From assembly GCF_964204645.1 (NCBI RefSeq), contig NC_134035.1, positions 7,658,451 through 7,722,450 of the forward strand: 64,000 nt of DNA. The letters run 5' to 3'. The position numbers and the translations under genes were made by a program. A model generated the notes under the pieces. That model did not search any database. It was not told the origin of the DNA and saw nothing but the letters and a program-made list of their open reading frames with translations. This document shows, one piece after another, positions 13,531-45,124 of the stretch. The stretch comes from Tubulanus polymorphus. Its lineage: Eukaryota; Animalia; Nemertea. Each line of letters begins with the position of its first letter. Position 1 is the stretch's first letter.

Positions 13531-13616
13531 CTAAAATTGAATGTTTGACCGGCCACCAGGTGGATGAACGATCTTAGTGGCACTTCTTCGTGGAGACTTT
13601 TCATCAAACTGCGCAC
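13531..13616 (-). CDS. DPYS: Alternative distal terminal coding exon of the DHP/CRMP gene
   Basis: ttttacag|GT GCG CAG TTT GAT GAA AAG TCT CCA CGA AGA ... TAG = (G)AQFDEKSPRRSATKIVHPPGGRSNIQF*. Same 86-nt length and phase as exon 16915-17000. Confidence 0.85.
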
Positions 13617-14478
13617 CTGTAAAAACCAAGCAAACTATCATTGTATTCAATAAGGCAAATAATAGCAGATGTAAATTTACATGTACAAACGATTCACTAA
13701 TTCTTTGGTTCTCAGCCTCGCTTCATAGACTAGGTGCTAGATACCCAGAAGGCCACTTTCATATGATTGGGATTGAAATGAGAATGTTGTTGATCTTAGT
13801 AGACCCACGCATAAAGGGGCTGGTCTAATGGTATCGACCTAAACCCTGGGTTTCACTCTAAAATTAGCCATCCGAATAAACCCCCTGGTTTAGTTAATAC
13901 TGGTCTACCGGAGTTAACTCACAACTGAGGGACTTGATCACTTACACACTAGCATCAAGTATACCTATCAAGTAAACCAGTGTCAAGCGTCACCGAGCGT
14001 ATTTGTCGTTTGCAACGTTTTCACTGATATCTCAACTAAGATGGTTGATATTTTTGTCGCAATATCTCATGTGCAGGGTACATTGACAATGCATTTACTT
14101 TCAATAATGCACACGTTTCAGGTACATATTACTTGGTTGATTGATCATACAACCTACGATAGCGGCAGCTGTTGCTTGAATGCCAGAAACAGTTTTCGGT
14201 GTGATTGTCGTTGTTAAATTGCTGCGGCGTACTCGTCGCTAGTGTGCGGCAGGCGTAAGGACTAGAATATCTTTCGCTTATAAACACCGATTCCAATTAT
14301 ATCCAAGAAACCTATCATTGGGTTTTTTACTTTAACTTCTTGATAAAACTTAAAAGACCTGCATACAATTCACATTTCAATGAAAGCATTATATTTTCAC
14401 CATTCAATAAAGTTCTCAATCATTCATTATACCCACGGTATGGGGATTGAATCATTTATCGTTCAATCAAAAAAAAAA

Positions 14479-16421
14479 ATTTACTGGTCCAGGGACACCA
14501 TGCCCACGTGGGAAGTGGTTTTAAATGCTCAACAATCTAATTTCAATACTCAATACCCAATCCAATGACCTTGAAACTCAACCACAATCATAGAACATGT
14601 CAGCAGCTACAATTTTGTAATTGATTGTGGTAACAAAATATGCCTAGTTACCAATATAATATGGAAATAGTAAGTTATTCTACTATTCAACGCCCCCTGG
14701 TGACCATATGCAAAGCCCAATGACCTTGAAACTTATCTCAATCATAGAACATGTCATGAGCTACAACTTTGCAATTGATCATGGTAACAAAATATGCCTA
14801 GGTACGAATATAATAAGGAAATACTAAGTTACTCTACTATTCAACGCCCCCTGTAGACCATATAGAATAACTTATGACCTTGAAACTCACCACAATTATA
14901 GACCATGTCATGAGCTACAACTTTCAAATTGATTGTGGTAACAATCAATATATTTGTATCCCTTGGGGGATACAAATATATACGAACTATCAAGATAATT
15001 GATCAAAGCGTCTTCAAAATTTCCCTCGAAAACTTCAATAAATTGCCCATGGGCAAAGTGTGGTTTACCTTGAAAGCTAGAGGTTGTTTGGGGTAAGGGC
15101 ATTGCTTGAAAAATCTTTTTAATTCGTGACTTCAAAGTTCTACAAGTTTAATCTTGTAGAACTTTCTTAAAGGATTATTTTGTAGTCAAAAGACCAAAGA
15201 TATACATTTGTTTACGGTCCCCACCAAAAATTTCATAGGGTACAGGTAGGCGCGGCATGGAAACTATTTTATATTTTCAAAGAAATAATTTTCATAATAT
15301 GAAAAAATATTCAAATGAAATTCATATGATGTCACATATCAGAGGGTGGCTGCATGTATGGCCGCGGAAGCTAAAATACCGGTGCAGTAAGAAATCGGCG
15401 TATTAGATCGTTTTAAATCCTGGAATTCACCACTTCAATATTCAGACCTCCACCTATACCTATAGTTTGCTGCTTAGTATTTTCAGATCACAAGAAATAA
15501 CAATTTATTACAAATTCTATCAAACAGAAAACACAGCGCTCATCTTCTGCTGATTAAATGTCAAATGCGCCAGCAAGCAGCGTTACAGTATCACTATAGT
15601 AGTGTATACTGTACGCGCGTGTGTTTGTGTGCGCAACAGTCTAATCTTCTTATGATTTCCGCGCACACGTGGAGGCCTTGTGTAAGTGAATGTTCGCTAC
15701 ACTTCAATGTCAATCAAATCAATCACCGGGTATTAAAATGAAACAATACCTATGGCGAATAATAATTACATTATCACCAGCAATGAGCATTTGAAATTCG
15801 CACATATACGGCACCTAGTCCAATGAAACGTAAGCCATTCCATGGCTTTCCCATAATTATTTTAGTAGCGCCGGAATTCCCCGTAAATCCCAAAAACAGC
15901 CAATCACATTTTCTCGTAGAGACAACGCCTTCCAATCGAGGTCATTGCAATTTTATACGTAAGAGCTAAGAATTTTCCCGCCAAAAACAGTTTTTCGTAA
16001 AATTTTAACTCAGTTGACCATGTCATCGACGGAGGTTCGCCATGTCTTCAATCGCATCGATTATACGTCGTTTAAGCAGAGAACCAATGAAACAAATGCT
16101 CACATAAAAAAACGTACCGCGATTTTACATGAATTGGCTCAATGCCAACATCATATCGCTGACAAAGGTAAACCAAAAATGTGTAAAAAGTGCTGATTTT
16201 GGCAAACCAAAATGGCTGCCAGTCAGCCATCTTGAATCTGACCAGGCCAGTTTTTGGGCTGAAGATGTGCCTAGGGTAGATACATGTATAAACCAAATAT
16301 CAAGACATTAGCTTGAAGCGTCTTCAAAACTTCCCAAAATAACTGGATTCCGTCTACGGACGGACGGACGACAAGTGAACGCAATAGCTCGCTGGGACTT
16401 AAGTCCCAAGTGGGCTAAAAA
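14479..16421 (-). mobile_element. Non-autonomous Helentron/HINE-like element, copy A, with internal ~155-bp tandem repeats and a ~1.1-kb nested insertion
   Basis: Homologous to 51205-53167. On the minus strand it begins TTTTAGCCCAC with a hairpin and (GTCC)n microsatellite; AATGACCTTGAAAC units near 14565, 14719 and 14874. Confidence 0.7.
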
Positions 16422-16914
16422 GTGACCACTGGTAGTAAAGAAATGAATAAACAACTAACAACAACAAACATTCATACAGTGAATAATATGTGGAAAAGGG
16501 TACGACTAGCACAATTATATTCTAAATATCGCAGTGTTACGTCGGTTTCATCTAAACACAGACTTCATGCAAATATAGAATTTTTCTATGCATGTTTTGA
16601 TTCGGTGAAACGGGGTCAGTTGAGACCGAGCTCGTTAAATGACTTAAAACCTTATGGTTTAAATCTATCAGTCATAAAAGTTTTGATTATGGACTGGGCA
16701 TCATTGATTTTTCATTCATTTACAATATTTGTAAAATCTATTCGCACATTTTACAACGAATAAACTATAATCTTGGATGTAGCCCGATATAAACTGCATT
16801 TGTCAATTAATCTTTAGCGATCAATGAAAAACGTGCGTCATCATTTTTTGTTGAGAGCACTTAACTAACCAGAAAAATGTCGACGACGATGATGAACGTA
16901 TTATGTTTCATAAT

Positions 16915-34932
<18,018 letters not shown>

Positions 34933-36087
34933 GACCGCGAAAAAGACGATAAACGAATCACGGATTGTCAGCAGTCGAATGAAGAGCACGTATCAACAGC
35001 AGTGTTAGTTATTAAAATGTTTCTTTCGATTAAAACCAGCAGTCATACGTGAGAAAACAGTTACCGGTTATAAATACAGTCAGCATCAACTTCACATCTA
35101 CTTCAACAATCCAACGCCCGTCTCCGGTGGCGACAGCAGCGAACCGCATTCAACAAGTCCGTCTCCGGAGCCGCGTTGCATAATAATCCGTCTGTTGTCA
35201 ATAGCAACGGCCGGAGTCTGCGGCATATTCCGAGAGAGTGAAGTATCCGACAACATCGACGCACACACGTGTGGGCGCGGAAAACTTTGCAACAAACGAA
35301 GAGAAGTCAAAAACGTGAAGATCCCGCCGCAACAGATGGAAATCTTTTACCGATCTTATGCGCAAAGCGTCGAATAATTTTCGACAGCTTTTGCAGAATC
35401 CTGCGAGCGCTGATGTCGACAGTGATCCAGTATTTCACCGGCAGACGAAAGCATGAGTCAAACGACGGCGATGAATAATAATTCAGAGTACAGGTCCTGT
35501 AACCGATGACTCAGATCTCACTGGATCGAGGGGTTGCTGCCGAACAGCAACATCAACTTGTTACATGACTAATGATGCTGAAACAACTCGCCCAAAAAAC
35601 CACTTCATCCAGATACCATAACCTGCTCAGGCAGGGTTAATACACCTGAATCCGGCATTCAAACATTTTGTCAGATGAAACTCAACTTGAAACTGAAATA
35701 GACACCAATTGTTTCGCATAGGTCCTATAGAACAAGCCGTATAACCACCGGCCGGGTTGACTAGTTCTATTGGTTTAGTGGTTAGCACGCTAGTTTTCTG
35801 CCTACAAGACCGGGTTCCCGGCACATTACTTCACTGTCACTGCGTTAGACCAGGGTGGTGCAGGTGATTCCTGCTTACTTACGATTCAAACCACAAAACA
35901 AAGCAGAAAGAATGTACAAAATCAGCCTAGATATCACGTCCAATAAAAACGTCAACTCTTCAAGAAACCTTAATAAAACGATCATTCCAAGATCCATTAT
36001 CATGATTTACAAATTACGTCATCCTCTAAATCCATCAATCTTAATGACATTCATACCCTTGAAAAACTACAATGAGCAAAAATAGTA

Positions 36088-36400
36088 ATTAACCAGACTG
36101 TGTTGGTTAAGTCAGTAACCATACTGTTGGTTAAGTCAGTAACCAGACTGCATTGGTTAAGTCAGTAACCAGACTGTGTTGGTTAAGTCAGTCATCAGAT
36201 TGTGTTGGTTAAGTCAGTCATCAGATTGTGTTGGTTAAGTCAGTAACCAGACTGTGTTGGTTAAGTCATTAACCAGACTGTGTTGGTTAAGTCTGTGACC
36301 ATACTGTTGGTTAAGTGAGTAACCAGACTGCATTGGTTTAGTCAGTAACCAGAGTCCTGTGTAGGTTAGTAAGTAACCAGACTGCTGTAGTTAAATCAGT
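36088..36400. repeat. 26-bp minisatellite (AACCAGACTGTGTTGGTTAAGTCAGT), about 11-12 copies
   Basis: Period 26 visible; related to the Academ-like terminus TAGTCAGTAACC. Confidence 0.9.
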
Positions 36401-36425
36401 TACTGAAATGCGGTCATTAAAACTG

Positions 36426-36551
36426 GGGCCAGTTGCTTAAAAGTTGGTTAGAGTTAACCAGTGGATAGCTGACATAGTGACAATTAAATTTTATTGTTAC
36501 TTTGGTATCTATCCACTGGTTATCTTTAACCAACTTCTGAGCAACTGGCCC
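36426..36551. mobile_element. Harbinger-type MITE, CTG TSD, almost wholly palindromic
   Basis: CTG|GGGCCAGTTGCTTAAAAGTTGGTTA ... TAACCAACTTCTGAGCAACTGGCCC|CTG. Confidence 0.85.
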
Positions 36552-37265
36552 CTGGACTGTAATTTAGTCTGAATCTATTCACCCACTCCAGAGAATGGCT
36601 GGTTCATAGCAGTCTGTGTCATGCGTTAAGCGTTCGCATGAACCATGTCTGTTTGTTAAATCACGTTGAAATTCAAGAATGGACCTTTCAGTACACAGGA
36701 ATTAGCATATACCGGTATACAAATAAAATCCCTACTACAATGACCTCATTTTATTATCTTTTCTTCATATTTTATGCTTTCTTGAAAACCGGTATACAGG
36801 CCTACTTAAACGTGGCTATAAATTGATTAAGAAAATTTTGGTACAAATTTTTAGTTTCACTAAAAACTCATAAATATAGATAAATCATAGCAACACAAAA
36901 GTAGATCGATGTCGCGTTGCACGTTTTCAAGGAGGCCAACAATTCTAATTTGACCGTTTTAAGCTAAAACAATCTTGTGAAACTGGACCCAGATTGCTAT
37001 AGGCCGTAATCATAGTTAAGTATTTAAAAACATTTGAAAGAGAGAAGAATATGATGATATAATTTGTCGAAGTGAATCTAAATTCACTGCGTATTTGCCT
37101 TCGGTGTTTACTCTTAGCATCAGGGACCGTGCTCGGAAAAACAGTCACGCAAATTTGAATGCTGTGTCTTCGCGGTTGGGTGCACTAAGATCATAGAGCG
37201 ACCTCACTGTTGTGCAGTGGTAGAAACAACCACTGCTGCCCCAGGACTGGGTGAATCTCCATTCC

Positions 37266-37491
37266 AGTTAGTTTGTTGGTGGAAGCTTTTATTAACGGAT
37301 GGGCTTATACCAACTGTGGTTTGTGAAAATATCCAATCGTGAAACTAAACCACAGACAGGTTACGGACTAAATTATGATGAATCTCCGTCAGAGGACGGC
37401 TCAGACTGTCTGGTGGTTTAGTTTCGCGATCGAATATTTTCACAAACCCATCCGATTAAAAGCTTACCACCAATGATTAGGTAACTAACTA
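37266..37491. mobile_element. Two short Academ-like MITEs in tail-to-tail orientation
   Basis: About 37266-37370 (+) ending CAGGTTACGGACTA, and about 37406-37491 (-) ending AGGTAACTAACTA. Confidence 0.75.
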
Positions 37492-37588
37492 AGACTGTCT
37501 CGTCTCTGCTGACTCTCTCTGTCTGCCCTGACTACTGTGATGAGTGAGTGAGGTGGACTGGAATTTTTTAAATGCAACCCATACTTAC

Positions 37589-37612
37589 AGCATCATCTCC
37601 ACCGGCTGACAT
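37589..37612 (-). CDS. DPYS: Candidate most-distal first coding exon of DHP/CRMP (MSAGGDDA)
   Basis: AAA-ATG TCA GCC GGT GGA GAT GAT GCT|GTAAGTAT: good start context, consensus donor, phase 0, head-to-head with SAXO3. Confidence 0.55.
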
Positions 37613-37864
37613 TTTATTCCTGGACGTTCGCGGCTAATCACAAATTCAGATCTCGTAGATTTCGACGCACTGGTCTTTGAAACGACGTAAATCGCGGTAG
37701 CGTAGTAAATCCCTGGTACAACACTATCTCTGATCGATAACAACCTGTCATCAATCGACGCGCGGATCAAACACCAGCCGAGACAAGCCACCGGTCCTTC
37801 ACCAGCAGGAAAATACTAAAACAAGAACGTACAGCCGAATTGTCGTCGGTAGATGGCGCTGTCC

Positions 37865-37878
37865 GATTCCATAGCAAC
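37865..37878. promoter_or_regulatory. RFX X-box-like site between the DHP/CRMP distal exon and SAXO3
   Basis: GATTCCATAGCAAC (reverse GTTGCTATGGAATC), about 250 bp from each ATG. Confidence 0.45.
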
Positions 37879-38127
37879 ATATAAACAGTATGGTGCTCGC
37901 CAGCTGTCAAAACATCTGAGTTACAGATCGGCCCTAATGGCATCAGACGGAAGGTAAACCAGACATAAACTAATTCATTTGTATAAGGATTGACAGCAGG
38001 GTGATTCAATTCGCCTCACGACTTGTAGTTAGAACTTAGAAGAGAAAGGAATAAGCTGAACAATAAAGTCCGAATTTAATTTTTGTGGACGTGGTTGTGG
38101 AATTTTTTCATAAACAAACTAAGAAAC

Positions 38128-40679
38128 ATGGATTCAATGGTGAACGATACAAACCACTCAAAACTGGAGCACAGAGGAGACTGGCATCTAACGAGCACAG
38201 GCGTAGGCCATCATTATCGCCCGGGATATTACTTTCCAGATTCAAACTTTCACGTAAGTGGGCCTAGCCTTAATCAATTGCGTTTTTGTCAAATTCTTGT
38301 AGGCCTACCAACTAGAATTAACAACTCCATAAAATTTTTATGAGTGCCCTTTGTCGACAAAGATGATTGGTGCATTCAGTAAGGTAGTGCCTTCCCTTTT
38401 TGGTCTGAATCATTCATCAAGAAAGGACACACCACAGCAAAACTCGAAAGGCCTATTGCTATTCATTATTTATTATAGGCTCTATCTTTTATTGCTACCA
38501 GTAATTCATTTCATTGATTTGTATTACATGTATTAATTAGGGTTATATTTCTATGTAAAATGCCTACGATCAAGAGACTTGTCTTTGTCAAGAATGTTTG
38601 ACTAATCAGGCCTCTAATGTCTCAGTCAGCATAAACAAAAATCTTTTAAGATTCCTCGAATTTTCTCCACAGTCCGTCCTTCGTGAACCACTGCCACCAA
38701 ATCTAGCAAAGCAAGATGAAATTCCGCAAGAGCAGAAATATCCATCAACGGTGACGAATGCACACGACCACAAGTTTCTCGGCGGACCCTATCAGAATCC
38801 TCTTCACAGAAAAGCACCCGGACACTGGAACGTTCATTATTTAAAGGACCACAAAGAAAAGGTAAAAAAATCATTCACTTTATGTTTCAATAGCTAGCTT
38901 ACAACATTTATATGATCCCCGGGAAGCAAGGATTCAGGCTAAAACCTCCCATTGTTTTTCTAGTTACAAAATCCAGGATGGAGAAGACCTCTTACGATGG
39001 GCAATCAGCAGAGTGAAACGCAAGCCCAGTTTAATGCTAGACCAGGACTTAAAGACAGATATGAATTTGATCCTGGCCCACAACCATTTATCCTCAAAGA
39101 TCACCACACAAATGGACCATCGAAGGTAAGCTTTAACAAAGGTCGAATAGCTGTTTAACTGTTTAAATATTGTATCTAGACCCAAAAGCAAAATTTTGAC
39201 AACATAAATCTGGACAACATAAGTAATTTCGACCCTGTTCCTAGTGTCACACATGGCCCATTCTTTGCACTGAAGATACAACTACACCCCCATACTAACA
39301 CTGTACCTGAAAAACAGACAGAGGGACAGTACGAAAATCAGGGTCTCGTAACAGAAGCCCGAGAGCCAAAAGTAGTAGGCCTATATGGTGGTTGTTATGG
39401 CTACTTAAAAAACTTCTTTAAATCATTATTGCCACATTCGGTGCTGCAGTTTTCAGCTTGATTTAACTACTAATGTCTATTTATTAATGGATGAGACCTA
39501 TTTTCTGGGATATTTTGCTTACTTTTTGGGGTACATACCTCATTTAGGTCTTACCAGAAGGCCAACAACTGAATATCCGATATTATTCCAGTTCTGTACC
39601 AATTAGAAGGATTGCTAAAAAGCCTCCTTTAATTCAGTTGAATGAGAGAGAAAATCTTCCATTTTGTGAAATTTCTTGAATTTTTACATTGCCACCATGC
39701 CTATAAGTCAAATTTAATACTATAAGCTTGTTATGGTACTTTCAGGTTGCAGTCGCTTCCGGAGAAAACGATAAAATGAAAGGTCGTCCATTTTTCGTAC
39801 GTGATAAAAACGTGTTGAATTTGCTCGACCCGTATCTGTCGACGACACAACGTGACCACAGAGCTTTTAAGAAAGACGAACTAAAAGGTTATCCGAAAAA
39901 AGATATCGCCACTTACTGGGATTGCGAAGAGTATCCAAAAGCTTGGGGATTTGGATTGAAAGACAAGTAAGCTTGGGTCTGACTTCAAATATTTAAATTT
40001 GAATTATTGTACCGGTACTTTATAAAGAACCAACAGCGACTGAATCGAAATTTTCAGTTTCAATACTTGTACATCATTTTACTCATTTCAGCCCCTTGCC
40101 TAAAAGTGCTGTGCCACGCCGGCAATTGCCTATGCGGGACGAAACCTGGTTTAAATCTGAGACTAAAATAAGACGTTTGCCTTATTCTGCTGTTCCAGTA
40201 CCACACAGGTAAAAAAATAGACCCGTATCATACAGAACCAGATTACCGGCAGATTCAAAATATATCTACTGTAGATCTCATAATTTTCTTAATATGCATA
40301 ATTTTCTACTTCATTTCCAGCGGTTTGAGACCATTATACAAAGCCTCATACGCAACGCCTTCTGACGTAAAAATGAAAGAAATACATTTCTGTCCAGTGG
40401 ACACACCTTGGACTTTACCAGGTAGGCCCTAGGACCAGGCGTGGATTTAGAATTTGATGATTTAAAACGGACCCAAAAACGATATCAAGTAACAGTTACC
40501 ACTGCAACAATTCAATCCTTGCAGGGATCTGGGGAAATTTTACACATTTGATGCAAAAAACTGAAGCAAAATCTTCTTACATTTTTTTAGCACCGGGCCC
40601 CTCATCGGCGATGAAAATACCAGCAATGTACAAAACTGAGTATGAAAATATCGGCAGCAAGAAGACTATCACGGTTTAA
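38128..40679 (+). CDS. SAXO3: Stabilizer of axonemal microtubules 3-like microtubule inner protein, 334 aa
   Basis: Exons 38128-38253, 38673-38861, 38964-39125, 39746-39966, 40092-40208, 40321-40421, 40591-40679 (1005 nt, in phase). Blocks WHLTSTGVGHH, EPLPP, GWRRPLT..SETQAQ, GPQP..DHH, GRPFFVRD, YLSTTQRDHR, ELKGYPKKD..TYW and FCPVDTPW match SAXO3 as I recall it. Confidence 0.85.
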
Positions 40680-42383
40680 AAAGAACACAGCGCATGAAAA
40701 ACAGTGACACTTAATCTGAAAACAAATCCAAAATATTCTCATGATCATTCGATAAGGTGAAAAACATTACCATCGATTTCACTGGTAATGTGAAACAAGC
40801 ATACTTATTTTTTGATCAATACTGAAATAATGACCATGAACAGAATTATGACTTTAAGCTTTGATGTTGAACATCTAATTTTTACCAGATAGGTATTTTT
40901 GTGAAATTTATATCATATGAAAATGTTTGTGTATATTAATCAATGTTTATATTCCATCTGTGATATGCATGTATATGAATAATGGTATAAGATTCGGTAT
41001 TTTAATATAATTTCAAATCGTCTTCTGGTGAAATCTGCTGTTTCCGTGATATCTATTTATTATGTCGTGTAAATAAAGGCCTTATATGTAAATGAACATT
41101 TTCTGATCTTCAATATTACGCTGCTCGATACGATCATTATATACAGTGCAGGCGGTCAAATAGTCGCTGAAAAAGTAGAGGGGAAGAAGGGATCAAATTT
41201 TCTACTGCGCATGGCTGAAGTAGGATTTCGAGATAGCTGGACAGGATATTAAATACGGGGAAACTCACAGATTACTTGCTACAGGAAAGCTCCAACATCT
41301 GTTATCATTTTCTGGTACTTCCACCGGGAAACATGATGCACTTACACATACATTGACATTGCCTTATCAGGGCACAGTACCGGAACTTATACCAAAGATG
41401 GCAGTATGGAGATCTGAAACGCGCTCGAATTATTTCAGAAGATTCGCACCATTTTATCGCTAGTGAGCAGGGTTTTTAGAATAAGTAAGAAAAATAACAC
41501 TTTTTCACCAAAATCAGGAATAAATATGCAAACTTATTGGCAGAGAAAAATCAGGGCAATTCAACAGCCTAACAGTGGTGTCATGGTGCTGAAAAACTGC
41601 ATCGTAATGATTCAAAACGTTCTAATTTCCGTCTCCAACCAAACTCATCGGCGCTCTAGAAAATTATAGCCTCGGAGAAAATTTATAGGAACAATGAGAT
41701 CAGAGACTGAGTTAACGTTTGATTCTAGAGGTGAAATTAGTTCATTTCCTTTGATTCAACCGTCGATTAAAATTTCTAGCTCTGTGAACCGCGAAGCTGG
41801 CTCCCAGTCCCTTGATGTCAAACGCGCAATGCTCCGAGAAATGAGCCGCTAGACTTGGTGATTTAAGATGCGGAATGTACATATACATACATATATTTTC
41901 TTACGGACAAATTATACACAATTCTAAGTATATTTAGAATAGATACACATTCATTTGGTTATTCTATGCAATTAACACTTGCGCAATTACATACGTTCAC
42001 ATAAGCACAATTTCAGCATCTATGCGGGAATAATGATGCACTATATACAAAAGCGTATTTTCAAATACACGATGATTCAATCAGTCGGTAGATATATTAT
42101 AAAATCCTAGAACGTATCACTCGTTTGACCACGCAAAACTCGGGTATAACGTGTACACGGTTGTGTCGCGCGCGGATCAAATATCATCTAAATAGTTAAG
42201 AAAGAGTAGTCCATCTGATCTCGCAATATTCAGACACCTACCGCCGGTAATAGACTAGGTTATTATTCAACGAGCTGAATCTCCATACGTTACAGTTTCA
42301 TCTCAAAGACAATGCACTGCATGTGCATCGAATCTTTACTCCGATTGGTTAAGTCACTCAGCCGAACTACTTGGCGGCGATGT

Positions 42384-44693
42384 TTAATCCAAGTTATACT
42401 GCATCCGTCGTCGAAACGAAAAAGCCGTTTTTAAATTGACCAATGAACCGTCGGCGGTGAAATACGCCCAGATCATCGTCACCGTCATGACGATATACGC
42501 CGGAATTAATGAGCCGTAATATTGCGGCTCTTTCTGATTGTTCAACAGAGTCTGAAACAAACGACAAAGGCATTGAAAAAAGTTCGATTCTGAATTTTGA
42601 TTTCGCGATATCCACAAAAACCATGTACGGTAAGAAAATCATCTTAAATCATTAAATGAATACAGTGGAACGTCGTTTTAACGAATTCAGATACAATGAT
42701 TCATCCGATAAAACATATATAGAATTTTGTCCAAAATAGGACATTTTGATTAATTTCACACCGGATATAACAGTGAACTCTCGGTTATAACGAACAGATT
42801 TCCTGGCCCCGTGAAGTTCGTTGTAACGAGGTTCCACTGTAATAATGATTCAATGATGACAATTTTTGCCATAATTCAATATACTTATAACATGCTCTTT
42901 ATAAATATATTTCATTGTTCTAAAATGTAGTACTCCGTTTTCCCTTAGTACTCGTCACAACTTACCAGACACGAGACAAGCATATGAGACGCTACGACTA
43001 CACCGGCTTGCCAGTAACGCTTCGAGTCAAATGAAGCAAAGAATATCACGCCCCAGAATGTATGCAGCAACACAAAACATGACGTCAAGAATGCTGAAAG
43101 TCAAAACATTTTTACAGTTTAATTACAGTCCAGAGTAAATCATAAAATCTGTTCAAATATTAAGAAGGTTGGTTTTTCATACGCTATAAGACCATAAGCA
43201 TAGTCGAGTTTTATAACATGAGTGGGGTTACTAACAGTCAAAGGTCAAGAAGATCTGCGGCCGGTCACCCAAATACTGTGTAAATGTAGGCACTCTAAGC
43301 TTTAACAGCCGTTCAATTACCGGTACTTAAGCAGCCATTAGGTAAAAACTGCTTTTACGACCGTTTATAGATTAAACAACATTGGACAAACTGGGCCCCT
43401 GATGTTCATCCAATTAAAGCCCTTGATTGATTGATGATTTTACATGGATCACATGATTGTAAAACATTAACTGTACCGGAAGTGATGAAGAACATGCTCG
43501 AATCTCCTCGCAGTCCGATAGTTCCAGGACCTGCCATATCAGCTAATACATTAACCAATGAAAAGGCACCGCTCATTATACCAAACCCGAGACCAGACAC
43601 TGAAATATCAAATCATATAATTATAGCTCACTAACAGATGAGAGAGATATGCATTCAGGCATAGAGGGTTTGTTTAGATGAACCTCAGCACCACGACTTA
43701 GCAAGCGAGGAATTTGCTAGGTTCACTAGATGTTACCAGGGCCGTACTTAGCAGGAGGGGGCAGGGAGACATAGGTGTATTTCAACACTCATCCCGCATG
43801 AAAACGAATTGTTCTAAATTATGAAATGGTCACTACTCACCATACGCCATAATATGTGGATTATCAATGTCGATGACCCTTACTCCTGTTTGACCTTCCT
43901 GCCCCTGCTGACTAACTTTCTGAAGACCCTGATCGGCTTTCCTTAACACAAAAATGTACGAACACAGTTAACATAACAAACCAAATTTCATACTCATAAC
44001 TGAATACCGGTAGAGTTAATACAAGTTACGCAAATAATGGGAATCGACCTTACCTTAAAAGGGTATAAAAAGCGAAACGCATCAACTCCTGGAATATGAC
44101 TGAAAACACGAGACCAAAGGCCAGCTCTTGCCGTAACGGGACTACAGCAAACCAGAGAATCGAAGACACCAGTAACGATAGCAACCAGAAAAATGCACTG
44201 AAAATGATCATCAAATTTCAGCTGCCAGATAGAAAAAGATTCATTTAGTCTTTCAATTATCTCGCAAATACAGGAATTTATGGATGTCGCGAAAGAATGA
44301 ATGGCCACGAGGCCAGTTGCTCAGTTGCCAGAGGATGAAGGTTTGATTGTCACTAGGCCTATGTTGACCTAAGTTCAGTTTCATGAAAAATTTTACGTGT
44401 AAAGTTTTAATTGCCATCTTCAATTAAACCAAAAATTTGATTTAAACTTTTCGTTCGTATTCTTCAACTGACAGGTTTTCATACAAAAGAACAATGTAAC
44501 TATTCATACAGTCACCGAGGACTCCATGCAGATAGTGGAAACGTATGGTCTCAAATAGAAAATAGGCCTGATATATTTACCTAGCAGTAAGTACGATTAC
44601 TCGCAGTGGATCTCTAGCAATTGTGAGGACAAACATTGCGAACGCCGGACCAAAGGCAATGAATGTACAACCAAAGAATTCCATCAGCGTCAT
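42384..44693 (-). CDS. APH1: Gamma-secretase subunit APH-1, 258 aa
   Basis: Exons 44581-44693, 44054-44197, 43841-43941, 43477-43599, 42966-43093, 42384-42551 (777 nt). Motifs FFGCTFIAFGP, AFFWLLSLL, VSGLGFGIMSG (GxxxG), GPGTIG, LLHTFWGV. Confidence 0.96.
42663..42839. mobile_element. pogo/Tigger-like MITE with TA TSD, in APH-1 intron
   Basis: TA|CAGTGGAACGTCGTTTTAACGAA ... TTCGTTGTAACGAGGTTCCACTG|TA. Confidence 0.85.
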
Positions 44694-44949
44694 TTTCAGT
44701 TTTTACAAGCACCGTTAGTCGTCGAGTAGTTTACTATTCTCACTTTTATTCTATGATTCAAACCTACGAAGTACATGAAAAAATGTTCCCAAATAAAGAA
44801 TATGTAGAATTCGTTTTCAGGAGGTACAATCATAATGAACATCATCGTCACAAGAATCTGGGGGTTCAAAATGAAAACTCGACGCAATAGTCCTAACATT
44901 TTTACATTCTTTTCTATGAGAATAGTTTTAGGATAGGCTTAGTAAGTAT

Positions 44950-45124
44950 CAGGCGCGTTGGAAGCAATTTTTGATTGCTGCGGCCAAATACCGATTTTGG
45001 ACAGGTTCTTAATATTGCCGCGGCGATTTTACTTAATTTCTTCAAAAGCGTGATATTAAAAAAAAAAAACTTCATTCAGTAAATTATTGCCGCGGCTTTC
45101 GCCGCTGCACTTCCAACGCCACTG
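44950..45124. mobile_element. hAT-like MITE relic
   Basis: CAGGCGCGTTGGAAG ... CTTCCAACGCCACTG imperfect TIRs; TSD not evident. Confidence 0.5.

Noticed and set aside
37581-37600. U1 snRNA 5' end (ATACTTAC)
   Set aside because: No further U1 similarity; it is the complement of a minus-strand splice donor.
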